Of a stretch of 64,000 bases of DNA, positions 1 through 10,703 are shown in pieces. The notes below the pieces were generated by a model that had not been told where the DNA came from, ran no database searches, and worked only from the letters and a program-made list of their open reading frames with translations. The first letter of the stretch is position 1; each line of letters starts with the position of its first letter. A program made the translations under genes and the position numbers. Origin of the DNA: Methanobacteriota archaeon (GTDB taxonomy: Archaea; Thermoplasmatota; Poseidoniia; Poseidoniales; Thalassarchaeaceae); contig JAPOKZ010000002.1 of the NCBI GenBank assembly GCA_029977385.1, forward strand, positions 15,492 to 79,491, given 5' to 3'.

Positions 1-318
1 GCTCGTAGTCTACTGGCACTTGTGGGATTGGAAAACGAGGTAGATCGCTTCCCAGCAGAGATCAGTGGGGGTCAGCAGCAGAGAGTAGCCATAGCTAGAA
101 GCCTAGCAAAGAGGCCACGCCTCCTTCTTGGAGACGAGTTGACGGGCAATCTGGACTCACAGACATCATCTGTTGTAATGGAAGTCCTAGTCAAGGCGTG
201 TGAGTCAGAGAGCATCACATGTGTTTTTGTCACTCATGACGAGTCCCTGGTCCAATTCGCTACAAGAGTCATAAGGATCGATAGTGGGAAAATAATCTCC
301 GATGATATAGTAGGATAG
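1..318 (+). CDS. ABC transporter ATP-binding protein (LolD/MacB-like), 5'-truncated by window edge
   Basis: ISGGQQQRVAIARSL signature, LLLGDE Walker B, TGNLD and VTHD switch; frame open from base 1. Confidence 0.9.
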   Translation, partial: ARSLLALVGLENEVDRFPAEISGGQQQRVAIARSLAKRPRLLLGDELTGNLDSQTSSVVMEVLVKACESESITCVFVTHDESLVQFATRVIRIDSGKIISDDIVG

Positions 319-326
319 GTGAGGAC

Positions 327-2783
327 ATGCTCAACCTACTAAACAAGCGTCTGGCCAGAAGTATGATGAGATCAAAGATCAGACTCGCTGCAGTTGTGGC
401 TATGGTGGTCGTGGCAGTCTTTGCTGGGGTTTCATTCGCAGCTTACGCGCATACCGTTTCTGGGATGTATGATGAAATCTACGAGGACTCCGAGAAAGGA
501 GTCAATCTTCCAGATTTGTGGATAGAGAATCCCAGTGGTACTTGGGACGGAGAAATCTCAGCCTCTCTTTGCGAGGATATTACCAGTAATTGGCCAGAAT
601 CCGATTTGGTCCTGAAGGAATGCGAGCCCAGATTGAGGCTCGATGGAACAATGTTCCACAAAACTACAGAGGAAGGGCAGCAGAAAGAGAAACTTGTCCC
701 AGCCGTGTGGCACGGAATCGACGAGGGATTAGTGGACCGAGTTTGGATGCCTGATCACGATTGCTGTTCTGGTAGAATGGCCACAGAGGAATCCGAGATA
801 GTCATCGACGCTCGTGTTGCAACGGGGATGGAGGTTTCTTTGGGCGATTCCATGACCATAGGTGCCGGAAACGGTAGAATGAACTTCACTGTCGTGGGAA
901 TCGGACTCCACTCAAACCACCTTTACTATGCAAAAGATGGAGATCTATTCCCTGCTGAACCGGGTACCCTGGCTACAGGGTATCTAACATCAGAGGGGCT
1001 GGAAAGACTGGCTAATCTGAGCAGTGGCTCTTCGAATCTTATACTAATCGACGTATTGGGAACACCAGCTTACAATCTTCCATCTACAGATGAGGACGAT
1101 GGTCCAGAACTAACTCTGATCGCTCAAGCCATAGATGAGGCCATTTCTAATTCAATAGATTCACCTTCTCTAATTTATGATCGCTCACAAGTTTTCTCAG
1201 TTGAAATCTTACGTGCCGATGCCGAAGGGGCTATGTTGTTTTACATCCCGATAACTGGGATGATAGCTGCCATAGCTGGAATCACCCTTTTCCTTAGTCT
1301 TCAAAGACTAGTCCAGTCCCAGTCTCGGGAGATAGCGATTTTGAGAACTCTCGGTGTTCCAAGGTGGGCAATAATGCCATCCTATGTCCTCATGCCACTT
1401 GCAATTGGAATCACTGGATCTTTGTTCGGATCGATTCTGGGTGTTTATTTGGGTGCACCCGCCATGCTTGCGTTCTACGAGGACTTCATGGGGATACCCA
1501 TTCTCCAACCAACGGAACTCGGGCAAATAGTGATGCAGATAGTGGTTGTTACAACAGCGGTAGTGCTTTTCTCTGGAATATTGCCAGCCATACAAGCATC
1601 TAGGCTTCAGCCTCTAGAAGTGATGAGGGGGGAGCATGAGATTAGGATTTCTTCCAGGAAGATACAGGAAATCACTTCCCGGCTTCCTGCAACCGCTGGC
1701 TTGACCATTAGGTCTAGTATCAGGAAACCAGCAAGATTGACATTCACATTCCTAGCAGTTGGACTTTCTATGTTGCTTTTCGGAAGCACGACTCTAATGA
1801 TGTCATCCATGGAAGAAATGACGGTGGGATCAGTCGAAGAAAATCAGAACTGGGACATCCAGGCTAATGTGTTGTTCGGAGGAGAGGGCGAAGTAATAGA
1901 ATGGGTTAATGATAAGGGGGGTTATCATGAGAGAATCATCACCTTCCCAGCAAATCCAGTCAATGACTCACGGGTGATTTCCGCCAATGGGATGGACGTC
2001 CTATCCACGGAAAGTGGCGCACTAATCCGACTAGATCTGAAAGAAGGAAAGATGCCCGAAGAAGGTCGTCAGACTAATCAGATTCTAATCGATGAAGGAC
2101 TGAACCATTTCCTAGGATGGGAGAGGGGAGAATTCCAGACTCTCATGTTCGGGTCGACCTCCACGTCCGTTGAGATCGTTGGAATTACTCAGGGAGAAAT
2201 GAGCAGGACTGTTTACTTCCACAGATCAGACTTGGCAAAGATAGTCGGGATTGAAGCAACATCGGTTCTGATAGACCTTCCAGATGGAGCGGTTCCAGAT
2301 AGCGACCTTGGAAACGCCTCGCTGGTAGTGATAGAAAAGGAAGACCTGGTTTCTTCGTACGAGTCAGTTCTAGAACAGCAGCAGGGTTTCTTGGGCTCCA
2401 TTCTTTTTCTGGGAATCCTAATTGCCATAGTTGTCCTGTTCAATACCCTGATCATCAATCTCTCTGAAAGAGATAGGGAGATTGCAACTCTGAGGGTGCT
2501 TGGGGCCCCAATGAATAGGCTTGGCTGGATGATGTTTGGGGAGCACTTAGCGATAGGACTGATTGGGGGGGTATTGGCATTTATCTTCACTTTAGTCGGA
2601 ACTCAAGCAATGATCTCGTCTTTCGTCCAATGGTCATTTTACATGACAGTATCAGCTGATCCGGCAGTAGCAATGCAGCTAATCGGGATTGTTGTGTTCA
2701 TCTCTGTCATCCTGACCCCATATGGCATGAGAAGAATCAGAAAGATGGATTTAGTCGAGAAGGTCAAAGACCTATCGCAATAG
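327..2783 (+). CDS. ABC transporter permease, FtsX/MacB-like, duplicated
   Basis: Two 'REIA(I/T)LR(T/V)LG' FtsX motifs, two TM bundles and large extracytoplasmic loops; follows the ATPase. Confidence 0.88.
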   Translation: MLNLLNKRLARSMMRSKIRLAAVVAMVVVAVFAGVSFAAYAHTVSGMYDEIYEDSEKGVNLPDLWIENPSGTWDGEISASLCEDITSNWPESDLVLKECEPRLRLDGTMFHKTTEEGQQKEKLVPAVWHGIDEGLVDRVWMPDHDCCSGRMATEESEIVIDARVATGMEVSLGDSMTIGAGNGRMNFTVVGIGLHSNHLYYAKDGDLFPAEPGTLATGYLTSEGLERLANLSSGSSNLILIDVLGTPAYNLPSTDEDDGPELTLIAQAIDEAISNSIDSPSLIYDRSQVFSVEILRADAEGAMLFYIPITGMIAAIAGITLFLSLQRLVQSQSREIAILRTLGVPRWAIMPSYVLMPLAIGITGSLFGSILGVYLGAPAMLAFYEDFMGIPILQPTELGQIVMQIVVVTTAVVLFSGILPAIQASRLQPLEVMRGEHEIRISSRKIQEITSRLPATAGLTIRSSIRKPARLTFTFLAVGLSMLLFGSTTLMMSSMEEMTVGSVEENQNWDIQANVLFGGEGEVIEWVNDKGGYHERIITFPANPVNDSRVISANGMDVLSTESGALIRLDLKEGKMPEEGRQTNQILIDEGLNHFLGWERGEFQTLMFGSTSTSVEIVGITQGEMSRTVYFHRSDLAKIVGIEATSVLIDLPDGAVPDSDLGNASLVVIEKEDLVSSYESVLEQQQGFLGSILFLGILIAIVVLFNTLIINLSERDREIATLRVLGAPMNRLGWMMFGEHLAIGLIGGVLAFIFTLVGTQAMISSFVQWSFYMTVSADPAVAMQLIGIVVFISVILTPYGMRRIRKMDLVEKVKDLSQ

Positions 2784-2792
2784 CGCATAGAC

Positions 2793-3575
2793 ATGCGAGT
2801 CGTAACTTGGAATCTGAATGGTATCCGAGCAGCTCATAGAAAGGGGCTAGATGATTTCATCGAGAGGATTGATGCAGACGTAATGCTATTCCAAGAAGTT
2901 AGGGCACTTCCCGAGCAGATGCCCAAGGAATGGTCCGAGCCGGAGGGATACGACGTGATTTGGCATCCTGCCGAGAAGAAGGGCTACTCTGGCGTAATGT
3001 CATGCTCGAGAGTCGGGATGATTGAGATTGAGAGGGGGATAGACACGGATCTCGATGAGACTAGAGACCCTGAAGGGAGGGTACTAGTGACAAAACATGG
3101 TAATTTGAGTTGCGTCAACATGTATCTTCCAAATGGATCAGCGAGACAAGAGCGTCAGAACTACAAGGATCAGTGGCTTGAAGACATGCTCCTCTGGAGC
3201 CAGAAATTCCTGGATTCCGATGAACCCGCTCTTCTCTGTGGTGATCTGAATATCGCGCACACTGAGGATGACATCTGGGATCCATCTGGAAACAAGCGTA
3301 CTTCGGGTTTCTTGGAGCACGAGAGGGAGTGGTTCGATAGGATGCTGGAATCTGGTTGGTCCGATCTCCTTCGTATACATGTGGGGGATGTCAAGGGCCC
3401 TTATTCGTGGTGGTCCAACTTCCGTAGGGCAAGAGAGAGGGACAGGGGTTGGAGGATTGACTACATCCTTGCTAACAAGGTTGCAAGACCTTTGATGAAA
3501 TCAGCAGAGATAATGAGGGAAGGTGGGCTTGTTGTTTCTGATCACGCTCCAGTAATAGTAGACTTGGAAATGTGA
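2793..3575 (+). CDS. xth: Exodeoxyribonuclease III (AP endonuclease)
   Basis: TWNLNGIRA, QE, GYSGV, YLPNG, GDLNIAH, GWRIDY and SDHAP motifs. Confidence 0.95.
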   Translation: MRVVTWNLNGIRAAHRKGLDDFIERIDADVMLFQEVRALPEQMPKEWSEPEGYDVIWHPAEKKGYSGVMSCSRVGMIEIERGIDTDLDETRDPEGRVLVTKHGNLSCVNMYLPNGSARQERQNYKDQWLEDMLLWSQKFLDSDEPALLCGDLNIAHTEDDIWDPSGNKRTSGFLEHEREWFDRMLESGWSDLLRIHVGDVKGPYSWWSNFRRARERDRGWRIDYILANKVARPLMKSAEIMREGGLVVSDHAPVIVDLEM

Positions 3576-3669
3576 ATACGCTCCACTTCGATTCACTATT
3601 TCCCCGCCGATGATACTCTCATCAAGTCAGAGGGTATCCTTCAAGAGAGGGGAACATAGGCGATTAATC

Positions 3670-4464
3670 GTGAAAGACGTTCTAGCAGGTCGCTTGGAAA
3701 CGATTCTACCTGATGGAAGAGGGGTCTGGGTACCAATGGATCACAGTGCCTCCTCCTTCCCGGAACAGGGTTTGTTAGATTCGGATAGAGCTGTTGATAC
3801 AGTCATTGAAGGGGGGGCAGACGCAATAGTCATGCAGAAGGGGCCGATATCCCACCACTTCGCCAGAACTTCATGGGGTCGGTTCGTCTGTCATGCATCC
3901 TTGTCCACCATCCATGGTGGAGATCGTTCTCAAGACAAAGTCCTGGTGGCCACTCCTTCCGAGGGCCTGGATAGGGGGGCAATAGCAATGTCCGCGCAAG
4001 TCAATCTCGGAGATCCGGCAGAGCCAGAAATGGTCAAGAGGATGGCCAGAATAACTACAGGTTCCCATGAGAAAGATATCCCGGTATTGGGGATGTTCTA
4101 TCCGAGGGGGAGCAACCTGCACTTGGACGATTCAGACTCCACATCAGGCGTCGCTCATGCAGCTAGACTTGCATGGGAGTTGGGATGCAATGTTGTCAAG
4201 GTTCCTTGGACTGGCTCCGAGGAGTCTTTCAGGATAGTGACCTCCTCCGTTCCGATTCCAGTATTAGTTTCTGGAGGCCCCAAGGACGATGACTTCGGCA
4301 AAGTTCTGGAATTAGTTGAGAAATCAATTAATGCGGGAGGATCGGGAGTCTGCATGGGAAGAAACGTATTCTCCTCCGAGGATCCGGCTTCCAGGATCAG
4401 AGCATTGAGGGCTATTGTTCATGACGAGGCCAGCGCAGAAGAGGCTTCTAGGCATCTGAGGTGA
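3670..4464 (+). CDS. aroA': 2-amino-3,7-dideoxy-D-threo-hept-6-ulosonate synthase (DhnA-type class I aldolase)
   Basis: PMDH, YPRG, AARLAWELG..VVK and GRNVF motifs; directly upstream of DHQ synthase II; GTG start at 3670 preferred over 3610. Confidence 0.8.
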   Translation: MKDVLAGRLETILPDGRGVWVPMDHSASSFPEQGLLDSDRAVDTVIEGGADAIVMQKGPISHHFARTSWGRFVCHASLSTIHGGDRSQDKVLVATPSEGLDRGAIAMSAQVNLGDPAEPEMVKRMARITTGSHEKDIPVLGMFYPRGSNLHLDDSDSTSGVAHAARLAWELGCNVVKVPWTGSEESFRIVTSSVPIPVLVSGGPKDDDFGKVLELVEKSINAGGSGVCMGRNVFSSEDPASRIRALRAIVHDEASAEEASRHLR

Positions 4465-4465
4465 G

Positions 4466-5404
4466 ATGATGCAGATTTGGGTAGAAAATGAAGAGAACTT
4501 GGCCACTAATCAAAATACTGTCTCTCGCTTCTGGACTGGTTCCTCCAATGATGTTGCAGAAGTTTCAATCGACGTCCCCTCTGATCAGGATGAGGCTATT
4601 TCGCTCATTGGACTTGTGCCTTGGATTTTGGTCAGATGCACGGATTGGACAATGATACCTCTAGAGAATCTAGTCGCGTGCTCAAGAGGGACTCAGACTA
4701 GAATTGCTGCAGCAATAGATAGAGAGATCGAAATTTCAGGAGCAGCATTTGCGCTTGGAGGTGGTGTCGATGCTATTCTGGTTCCAGGAAGGATGTTGGA
4801 TGAAGCAGTCCAGTTTTTGGGAGATAGATGGACCAAGGAAGAAAACCCTGAGAATCGAAAAATAAATCCTACAGAGGCAAGAATACTATCTATGGAAAGT
4901 GCGGGAGTTGGTGAGAGAGTATGCATAGATCTGACAAGAAGGATAAACGAAGGTCAAGGGGCGGCCAGTGGTTCTATTTCTGGAAAATTATGTCTAATAC
5001 ATGGTGAAACTATTTCGTCAGAATATGTTCCCAATAGGCCATTCAGAATTAATGCTGGAGCGATTCACTCTTACATCCTGATGGCAGATGGAATGACCAA
5101 GTACATGAGCGAATTAGAAACAGGTGACGAAATAGCCATCTTGTCTTCTTCCGGATCTATCGAAACTGCAATAGTAGGTAGGCTAAAGATAGAATTGAGG
5201 CCCCTTCTCGTTGTCAAATTCGAGATTTCCGGAGAAGAGGGGCAGGTAGTAGTCCAGCAAGCAGAGACCGTTAGATTTGTTTCCCCGAAGGGGACGGCTG
5301 TTTCAGTAACAGATTCAAAGGCTGGAGACAAAATAACGGTATTCACAGACGACCGAGTAAGGCATATTGGAATTGCACTTGATGGGGAGATGGTGGAAAA
5401 GTGA
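4466..5404 (+). CDS. aroB': 3-dehydroquinate synthase II
   Basis: DWTMIPLENL, GERVCID, RPFRINAGAIHSY, GRLKIELRPL and QQAETVR motifs. Confidence 0.9.
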   Translation: MMQIWVENEENLATNQNTVSRFWTGSSNDVAEVSIDVPSDQDEAISLIGLVPWILVRCTDWTMIPLENLVACSRGTQTRIAAAIDREIEISGAAFALGGGVDAILVPGRMLDEAVQFLGDRWTKEENPENRKINPTEARILSMESAGVGERVCIDLTRRINEGQGAASGSISGKLCLIHGETISSEYVPNRPFRINAGAIHSYILMADGMTKYMSELETGDEIAILSSSGSIETAIVGRLKIELRPLLVVKFEISGEEGQVVVQQAETVRFVSPKGTAVSVTDSKAGDKITVFTDDRVRHIGIALDGEMVEK

Positions 5405-6255
5405 ATGTGCTAGGAGAAGGGGAATCGAAAGGTGCGATATCCATTCTCCATGCTCTGGGACTGAGCAGAGGTTGCTCTATAGGAATCCAACTAAAAACCA
5501 ATGTCAAGATTGTAGAAGATGCGATTGAAATTGAAGGTGACAGGCACGATCTTCTTGATGCAGTTGAGAAATGCTGGAGGGACAGAGGTCTCCCAATACC
5601 CGACAAATTCGGATGGAAGGTGGAAAGCTCAATCCCTATTGGCCAGGGTCTTAAGTCAAGCTCAGCATTGTCTTGTGCGGCTCTCAGGGCTCTCAACTCA
5701 TGCGCCTGGGCTGGTCTTTCTAACTCTGAGATCGCAGATATCGCTGCTAACTCCCAGCTAATCGCCAACTGTGCCAAGACTGGTAGTATGGACGATAATT
5801 GGGCGTCATTGGAGCCGGGCTGGAAGCTTGTAGACCCCAGTCTACCTGCGTCTGAGTCAATTATTCTCCAAGGAGACATTGATCCTGGTCTTTCGATACT
5901 CCTAGTACTTAGGGGAGAAAGATTAGTGGAGATTTCGCCTGAGGACTTTTCACATCATCAGCAGATTTTCGAGAGGTCCCTAGCTTCCATAATGAGGGGT
6001 TCAATTCTAGATGCATTGTCATCAAATGGAATGGCTGTTGCAGCAGCAACTGATGATCAAGAGGCTCTGAGAATTTGCAATTTGAGCATCGCATCAGGAG
6101 CCATTGCAGCTGGCATTAGTGGGTCTGGACCATCAATTGCTATAGTATGCTACGAGGAAGATTCACCATCTCTTTGCAAGTTATTTTCCGAATCTGGGCT
6201 AGAGGTCATTTCAACAGGCATTTATGTGAAAGATGAGATTTCCGAGGTGCAATGA
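5401..6255 (+). CDS. aroK: Archaeal shikimate kinase (GHMP family)
   Basis: IPIGQGLKSSSA, TGSMDD and GISGSGPS motifs; shikimate operon context. Confidence 0.9.
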   Translation: MNVLGEGESKGAISILHALGLSRGCSIGIQLKTNVKIVEDAIEIEGDRHDLLDAVEKCWRDRGLPIPDKFGWKVESSIPIGQGLKSSSALSCAALRALNSCAWAGLSNSEIADIAANSQLIANCAKTGSMDDNWASLEPGWKLVDPSLPASESIILQGDIDPGLSILLVLRGERLVEISPEDFSHHQQIFERSLASIMRGSILDALSSNGMAVAAATDDQEALRICNLSIASGAIAAGISGSGPSIAIVCYEEDSPSLCKLFSESGLEVISTGIYVKDEISEVQ

Positions 6256-7349
6256 TGGGGATGGGACTTGGCGAACATCTGAAAGTCACGCTATTCGGAG
6301 AGAGCCACGGCAAGTGTGTAGGGGCTCTTTTCGAGGGAATCCCTCCAGGGACAGAAATCGACTTGGACGCCCTCGCCAACGACTTATCTCTCAGAAAACC
6401 TGGAAGAAGAGGGATGTCAGCTAGACTGGAGAAGGACGAATGCGAGATTCTGTCAGGAGTTCACGAGGGAAAGGCAACAGGTTGGCCATTGCTTATGATT
6501 GCAAGAAACTCAGATGCGCGATCATCCGACTATAGCTTCCTGCCCGATCATCCACGTCCAGGACATGCTGATATGGTTGAGGAAATCAGATCTAGCGGGT
6601 CCAATGACCCTCGAGGAGGCGGTTCACAGTCAGCTAGACTGACTCTAGGATTAGTGGCAGCAGGAAGCCAGGTAAGGAAAATGCTAGACGAAGCAGGATG
6701 GTCATGCCACGCCCATCTAAGTAGAGTGGGCGACATCTCATCCAGGCCATTGATCCATCTAGATACTTCCCAGACTCTAGAAGAGGGAACGGAGATGTCT
6801 AGGTTAAACTGCAGAGACCCCGAAGCTGCAGTAAGAATGGGGGAAGCGATTAGAAAAATTCGAAGGGAGAAGGACTCAATCGGCTCTGTGGTAGAGCTAT
6901 TGATTCTCGGACTTCCTATTGGAGTCGGAGAACCATGGTTCGACGGGTTGGAGCCATCTCTTGCTAGAGCATTAATGGCAATTCCTGGAGCTAGAGCAAT
7001 AGAGTTCTCCAATGGAATCGAGGCATCAAGAATGAGGGGCTCAGAGAATAACGATATGTGGGCACCAGGGCACGATTTACCTGAGTTGGAAGGGGCCGAG
7101 ACTGGAGATGCAGACGGGGCTTTAGGGGGTAGATCAACTGGAGCCCCGTTACGGGTTTTGGTGCACTTCAAACCTCCAAGCAGCTTACCAAGGGAGCAAT
7201 TCACCCTGCATCTTCCTAGTAACAAGAAACAGGCACTGAAGGTAGGCGGAAGGCATGATCCTGTTATCGGGCCTAGGGCAGCACCCGTTGTAGAAGCAGT
7301 TGCAATGCTAGTTGTAGCAGATCTGGGAATTGCCGGGGGATTCCTCTAG
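6252..7349 (+). CDS. aroC: Chorismate synthase
   Basis: FGESHG, PRPGHAD, RGGGSQSAR, FKPPSS and GRHDP motifs. Confidence 0.95.
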   Translation: MMGMGLGEHLKVTLFGESHGKCVGALFEGIPPGTEIDLDALANDLSLRKPGRRGMSARLEKDECEILSGVHEGKATGWPLLMIARNSDARSSDYSFLPDHPRPGHADMVEEIRSSGSNDPRGGGSQSARLTLGLVAAGSQVRKMLDEAGWSCHAHLSRVGDISSRPLIHLDTSQTLEEGTEMSRLNCRDPEAAVRMGEAIRKIRREKDSIGSVVELLILGLPIGVGEPWFDGLEPSLARALMAIPGARAIEFSNGIEASRMRGSENNDMWAPGHDLPELEGAETGDADGALGGRSTGAPLRVLVHFKPPSSLPREQFTLHLPSNKKQALKVGGRHDPVIGPRAAPVVEAVAMLVVADLGIAGGFL

Positions 7350-8272
7350 CCGGATTGACTTTCTAGATACTGTTGAATCCTGAGAGGGAGGTTAATTGCG
7401 AACATCCCTGCTATCACGATGAAAACTAGAATAGTTCCCAATGCAACTCCGTAAACGCTAGTCAACTCCACGCTCTCCTCTAGACGATTTGCAGCAACAG
7501 AATCGAAAATACCTACGAATAGAGGAACGAAGAAATTGATGAACAGTGTTAGAGTTGCTACCAATGCTGCAACGATAGGAGTGTAACCAAGTGCCCTGTT
7601 ATACCTGTCCGTGATGCTCTTGACGTTCATCACGTATACTTCTCCAGTTCTTATCGAGGTATCGAGCATAGAGAAGCGGATTACTGCGCTAGAGACCTCG
7701 ATGTAAACGACTAGGAAGACTGCATACAATATCAGTAGCAACTTCTGCATGATTTCGTTCTCCGGCAAAAAATTCAACCCAAACTCGACCTTGCTTCCAG
7801 CGAACCTGATGGTGACCAGAATTAGCATTACGTAAGACAGTAGTATAGCCCTTTGGTCCCTTTGCCAAACCCCCCAGAAACCAGATATCAGTCCAATTAG
7901 AATCATCAGTAGGTGGAGCCATAGCCCTAGGAAGCCAAGACCGATCATGTTTGATATCGCGAACCATGCAGTCCCAGAAACAGGCGTGAGCATGAAAGTC
8001 AGAAATCCTAGTACCAAGAGCGAACCTATTGCTCCCATCTGAAGGTTAAGGACCATTTTGTTAGGCGATACAAACTCCCTATTAACGAGAATCGGACCTC
8101 CGAAGATAGCATCTATCCAACTTGGTATGGCGACATCTGGAACCGCATCATCGGGTATCCCGCTGTCTGCTTTCAGTGTTCCAGCAGCCCGTTTTCTGCT
8201 AGGAGCCGATGAACGTACCACCTTCCCCTCATACAGGTGCGAAGTATCTACTGGACTCTTGCCTTCTTCCAT
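7346..8272 (-). CDS. Multi-pass membrane protein, last gene of MoxR operon
   Basis: About 6 hydrophobic segments; 12 bp from the DUF58 gene. Confidence 0.75.
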   Translation of the reverse strand: MEEGKSPVDTSHLYEGKVVRSSAPSRKRAAGTLKADSGIPDDAVPDVAIPSWIDAIFGGPILVNREFVSPNKMVLNLQMGAIGSLLVLGFLTFMLTPVSGTAWFAISNMIGLGFLGLWLHLLMILIGLISGFWGVWQRDQRAILLSYVMLILVTIRFAGSKVEFGLNFLPENEIMQKLLLILYAVFLVVYIEVSSAVIRFSMLDTSIRTGEVYVMNVKSITDRYNRALGYTPIVAALVATLTLFINFFVPLFVGIFDSVAANRLEESVELTSVYGVALGTILVFIVIAGMFAINLPLRIQQYLESQSG

Positions 8273-8284
8273 AATTGCAACACC

Positions 8285-9604
8285 TCAGAATCCTCTTGCA
8301 CCAGCCAGAGCCGTGAATAGTAGCATGTCTGGCTCCCAGTCCATGACATACGCCCCCAGTCCTCTAAGCTCTGTCATCAGAATGTCCCTCTCAGTTTTCA
8401 GTACCTCGTAGCCTGTTCTATCTATTCTCCTAGCATCGAATTCGAACTCTAGGCTGCTAGGTGAGAGTACAGTGACCTCGAAATTCCTTGCCCTCAGGTC
8501 CCTTACAGCATCGACTATTGTCGGATCATCCTCTAACGGGGACAGGATGATGATGGGGCTGCCTCTGTGAATGTGGGGCATGATCCTAGTAGTTACAATC
8601 TTCAGTGGAGTATTCCCCTTCGCCATAGCTCCTGCCAGTTTTGTCAGTATCACATACAATTGCTTCTTCCCAGTATCTCTGTCTACTGAAACAATCTCGT
8701 CCCCATAAACTACGAGCCCTACAGAGTCGCGCCTGGACAGGAAGTGCTGAGTCAGACTAGCTGCCGCTCTAGTGCTGTATACCAGTGAGTTTCTGCTCAC
8801 TGGTCCAGTTTCGCTGACTGCCCTGCTGTCAACCAGAATAATTACGTCGCTAACAGCATCCCTTTCAAATTCGTTAACCATCATCTTTCCGTCCTGTCTA
8901 GCAGTCGCTTTCCAGTTCACTTTCCTTATCGGATCGCCTGGCAAGTACTCTCGAAGGTTGTAGAAATTAGAACCCTCGCCCGGATTTCTGATGTTCACTG
9001 CTCCAGTGAAGATCTTAGGGACCCTGCTCTTGATCATTGCATCTTTGATGTCCTCCATCTTCGGGAAAACAAGGAAGTCGTCGTAGAGTTGTACCTCCTT
9101 CTCATTGTGAAAGAGGCCCAATTCATCTTGTACCCTGATGCAAACAGGACCAATTGTGTAGAACCCCCTCAAAGGGGTCTCTATTGTGTAGGAAATCTCC
9201 GTCTCTCTTTTTGGACCTATTTCCATTAGAACGTAATTGGCCCCTTTCTTGATTCTCATTACCTCGGGGACCCTATCTCTGACTTCCAAGACCTTCGCAA
9301 TTGCAGATCTATTCTGGATTCTAAGGGTCACGTCTATCTCGCCATCCTCGAAAACTCTTGATGACGAGGTCTTCCTCATAGCGACAATACTCTGTAGCTG
9401 GATGCCCTCATCGAGTACTGCCTCCTCGAGCCTTCTCCCAGAGGATGCGACATCCCCATGCGCTGTCCTAAGGGCTGCCCACGTTAGGAATGAAAGTAGA
9501 ACCACTGCCACTGTTACTAACTGTTGGTTTCGCAGCACTAGTCCTAGCAGGTACATCGCAACCGAAAGAGATGCGAACATCGCAGACTTTCGGCTCCAGG
9601 CCAC
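8285..9604 (-). CDS. DUF58 family protein (vWA-like MoxR partner)
   Basis: N-terminal TMs, RG.Y.IGP and LREYLPGDPIRKVNWKATAR..MVNEFE motifs. Confidence 0.9.
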   Translation of the reverse strand: MAWSRKSAMFASLSVAMYLLGLVLRNQQLVTVAVVLLSFLTWAALRTAHGDVASSGRRLEEAVLDEGIQLQSIVAMRKTSSSRVFEDGEIDVTLRIQNRSAIAKVLEVRDRVPEVMRIKKGANYVLMEIGPKRETEISYTIETPLRGFYTIGPVCIRVQDELGLFHNEKEVQLYDDFLVFPKMEDIKDAMIKSRVPKIFTGAVNIRNPGEGSNFYNLREYLPGDPIRKVNWKATARQDGKMMVNEFERDAVSDVIILVDSRAVSETGPVSRNSLVYSTRAAASLTQHFLSRRDSVGLVVYGDEIVSVDRDTGKKQLYVILTKLAGAMAKGNTPLKIVTTRIMPHIHRGSPIIILSPLEDDPTIVDAVRDLRARNFEVTVLSPSSLEFEFDARRIDRTGYEVLKTERDILMTELRGLGAYVMDWEPDMLLFTALAGARGF

Positions 9605-9620
9605 CTTTACACCTCAACAT

Positions 9621-10694
9621 TCAGACCGTTGGTACATTCGCAGCATTCTTTCCGTGTAGAATATCTCGAATGACCTCTCCGGTCTCAAGTCCCTTAATCT
9701 GATGCTCTGGTTTCAGAATAATTCTGTGAGCCACTGCCAACTCTGCAATTGACTTCACATCGTCTGGAGTGACGAAGTCCCTTCCTCTCATGGCTGCAAC
9801 AGCCCTACTAGTCTTCAGTAGGGCTTGAGAACCCCTCGGCGAAGAACCTACGAGAACTCTCGGATCCTCTCTAGTTCTTGCTACGATATCCACCATATAC
9901 TCCCTGACTGATCTATCGACATAAACCTCCTCGCAAGACTTCTGCATCTTGACTACTATACTTGGATCAGTGATGCTGTTTACCTCGACTTCGTCAGTCT
10001 TCCTGTTTATCCTTCTCTGTAGGATTTCATTCTCATCTGCTCTGTCGGGGTACCCAACCATCATCTTCATCATGAATCTGTCAAGTTGAGCCTCTGGAAG
10101 TGGGTAAGTCCCTTCTTGCTCAACTGGGTTCTGGGTTGCCATAGTCAGGAAAGGGGAGGGAAGCTTGTGGGTAACTACTCCGATCGTGACCTGCTTCTCC
10201 TGCATTGCCTCCAGAAGAGCCGCCTGTGTCTTCGGAGGGGCTCTGTTAATCTCGTCAGACAGGAGCAGGTTGCAGAATATGGGGCCCGGCTTGAAGGTAA
10301 ACTCGCCTTTCTTAGCATCGTAAATATTTGTCCCAGTTATGTCTGCTGGAAGAAGGTCTGGTGTGAATTGGACTCTCTTGAAGTCGCATCCCAGGGCATC
10401 AGCGAAAGTGTTCGTCATCAGAGTCTTTGCTAGTCCTGGAAAATCCTCGAACAGTAGGTTTCCATTCGAAAGAATGTCTACCATCACGTTATCAATCACG
10501 TGTGATTTACCGATGATTACCTTCTGTACTTCGGTACTGATTGCCTGCCCCATGGCTCCGGTTGCAGACAAAACCTCGTCGACCTTGCTCGATCCACGGG
10601 CCTCTTGTGCTTTCTTGGCTAAAGCGGCATCCTGTGTGCCGGTATTCGGCGCTTGCATCCCTTTTGGTGGTCCTGTTTCACTCATTTTTTTCAC
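9621..10694 (-). CDS. moxR: MoxR family AAA+ ATPase
   Basis: PGLAKT Walker A, RVQFTPDLLPADITG, DEINRAPPKTQAALLEAMQE, TQNPVEQEGTYPLPEAQLDRF. Confidence 0.95.
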   Translation of the reverse strand: MKKMSETGPPKGMQAPNTGTQDAALAKKAQEARGSSKVDEVLSATGAMGQAISTEVQKVIIGKSHVIDNVMVDILSNGNLLFEDFPGLAKTLMTNTFADALGCDFKRVQFTPDLLPADITGTNIYDAKKGEFTFKPGPIFCNLLLSDEINRAPPKTQAALLEAMQEKQVTIGVVTHKLPSPFLTMATQNPVEQEGTYPLPEAQLDRFMMKMMVGYPDRADENEILQRRINRKTDEVEVNSITDPSIVVKMQKSCEEVYVDRSVREYMVDIVARTREDPRVLVGSSPRGSQALLKTSRAVAAMRGRDFVTPDDVKSIAELAVAHRIILKPEHQIKGLETGEVIRDILHGKNAANVPTV

Positions 10695-10703
10695 TCCATT
10701 TTA

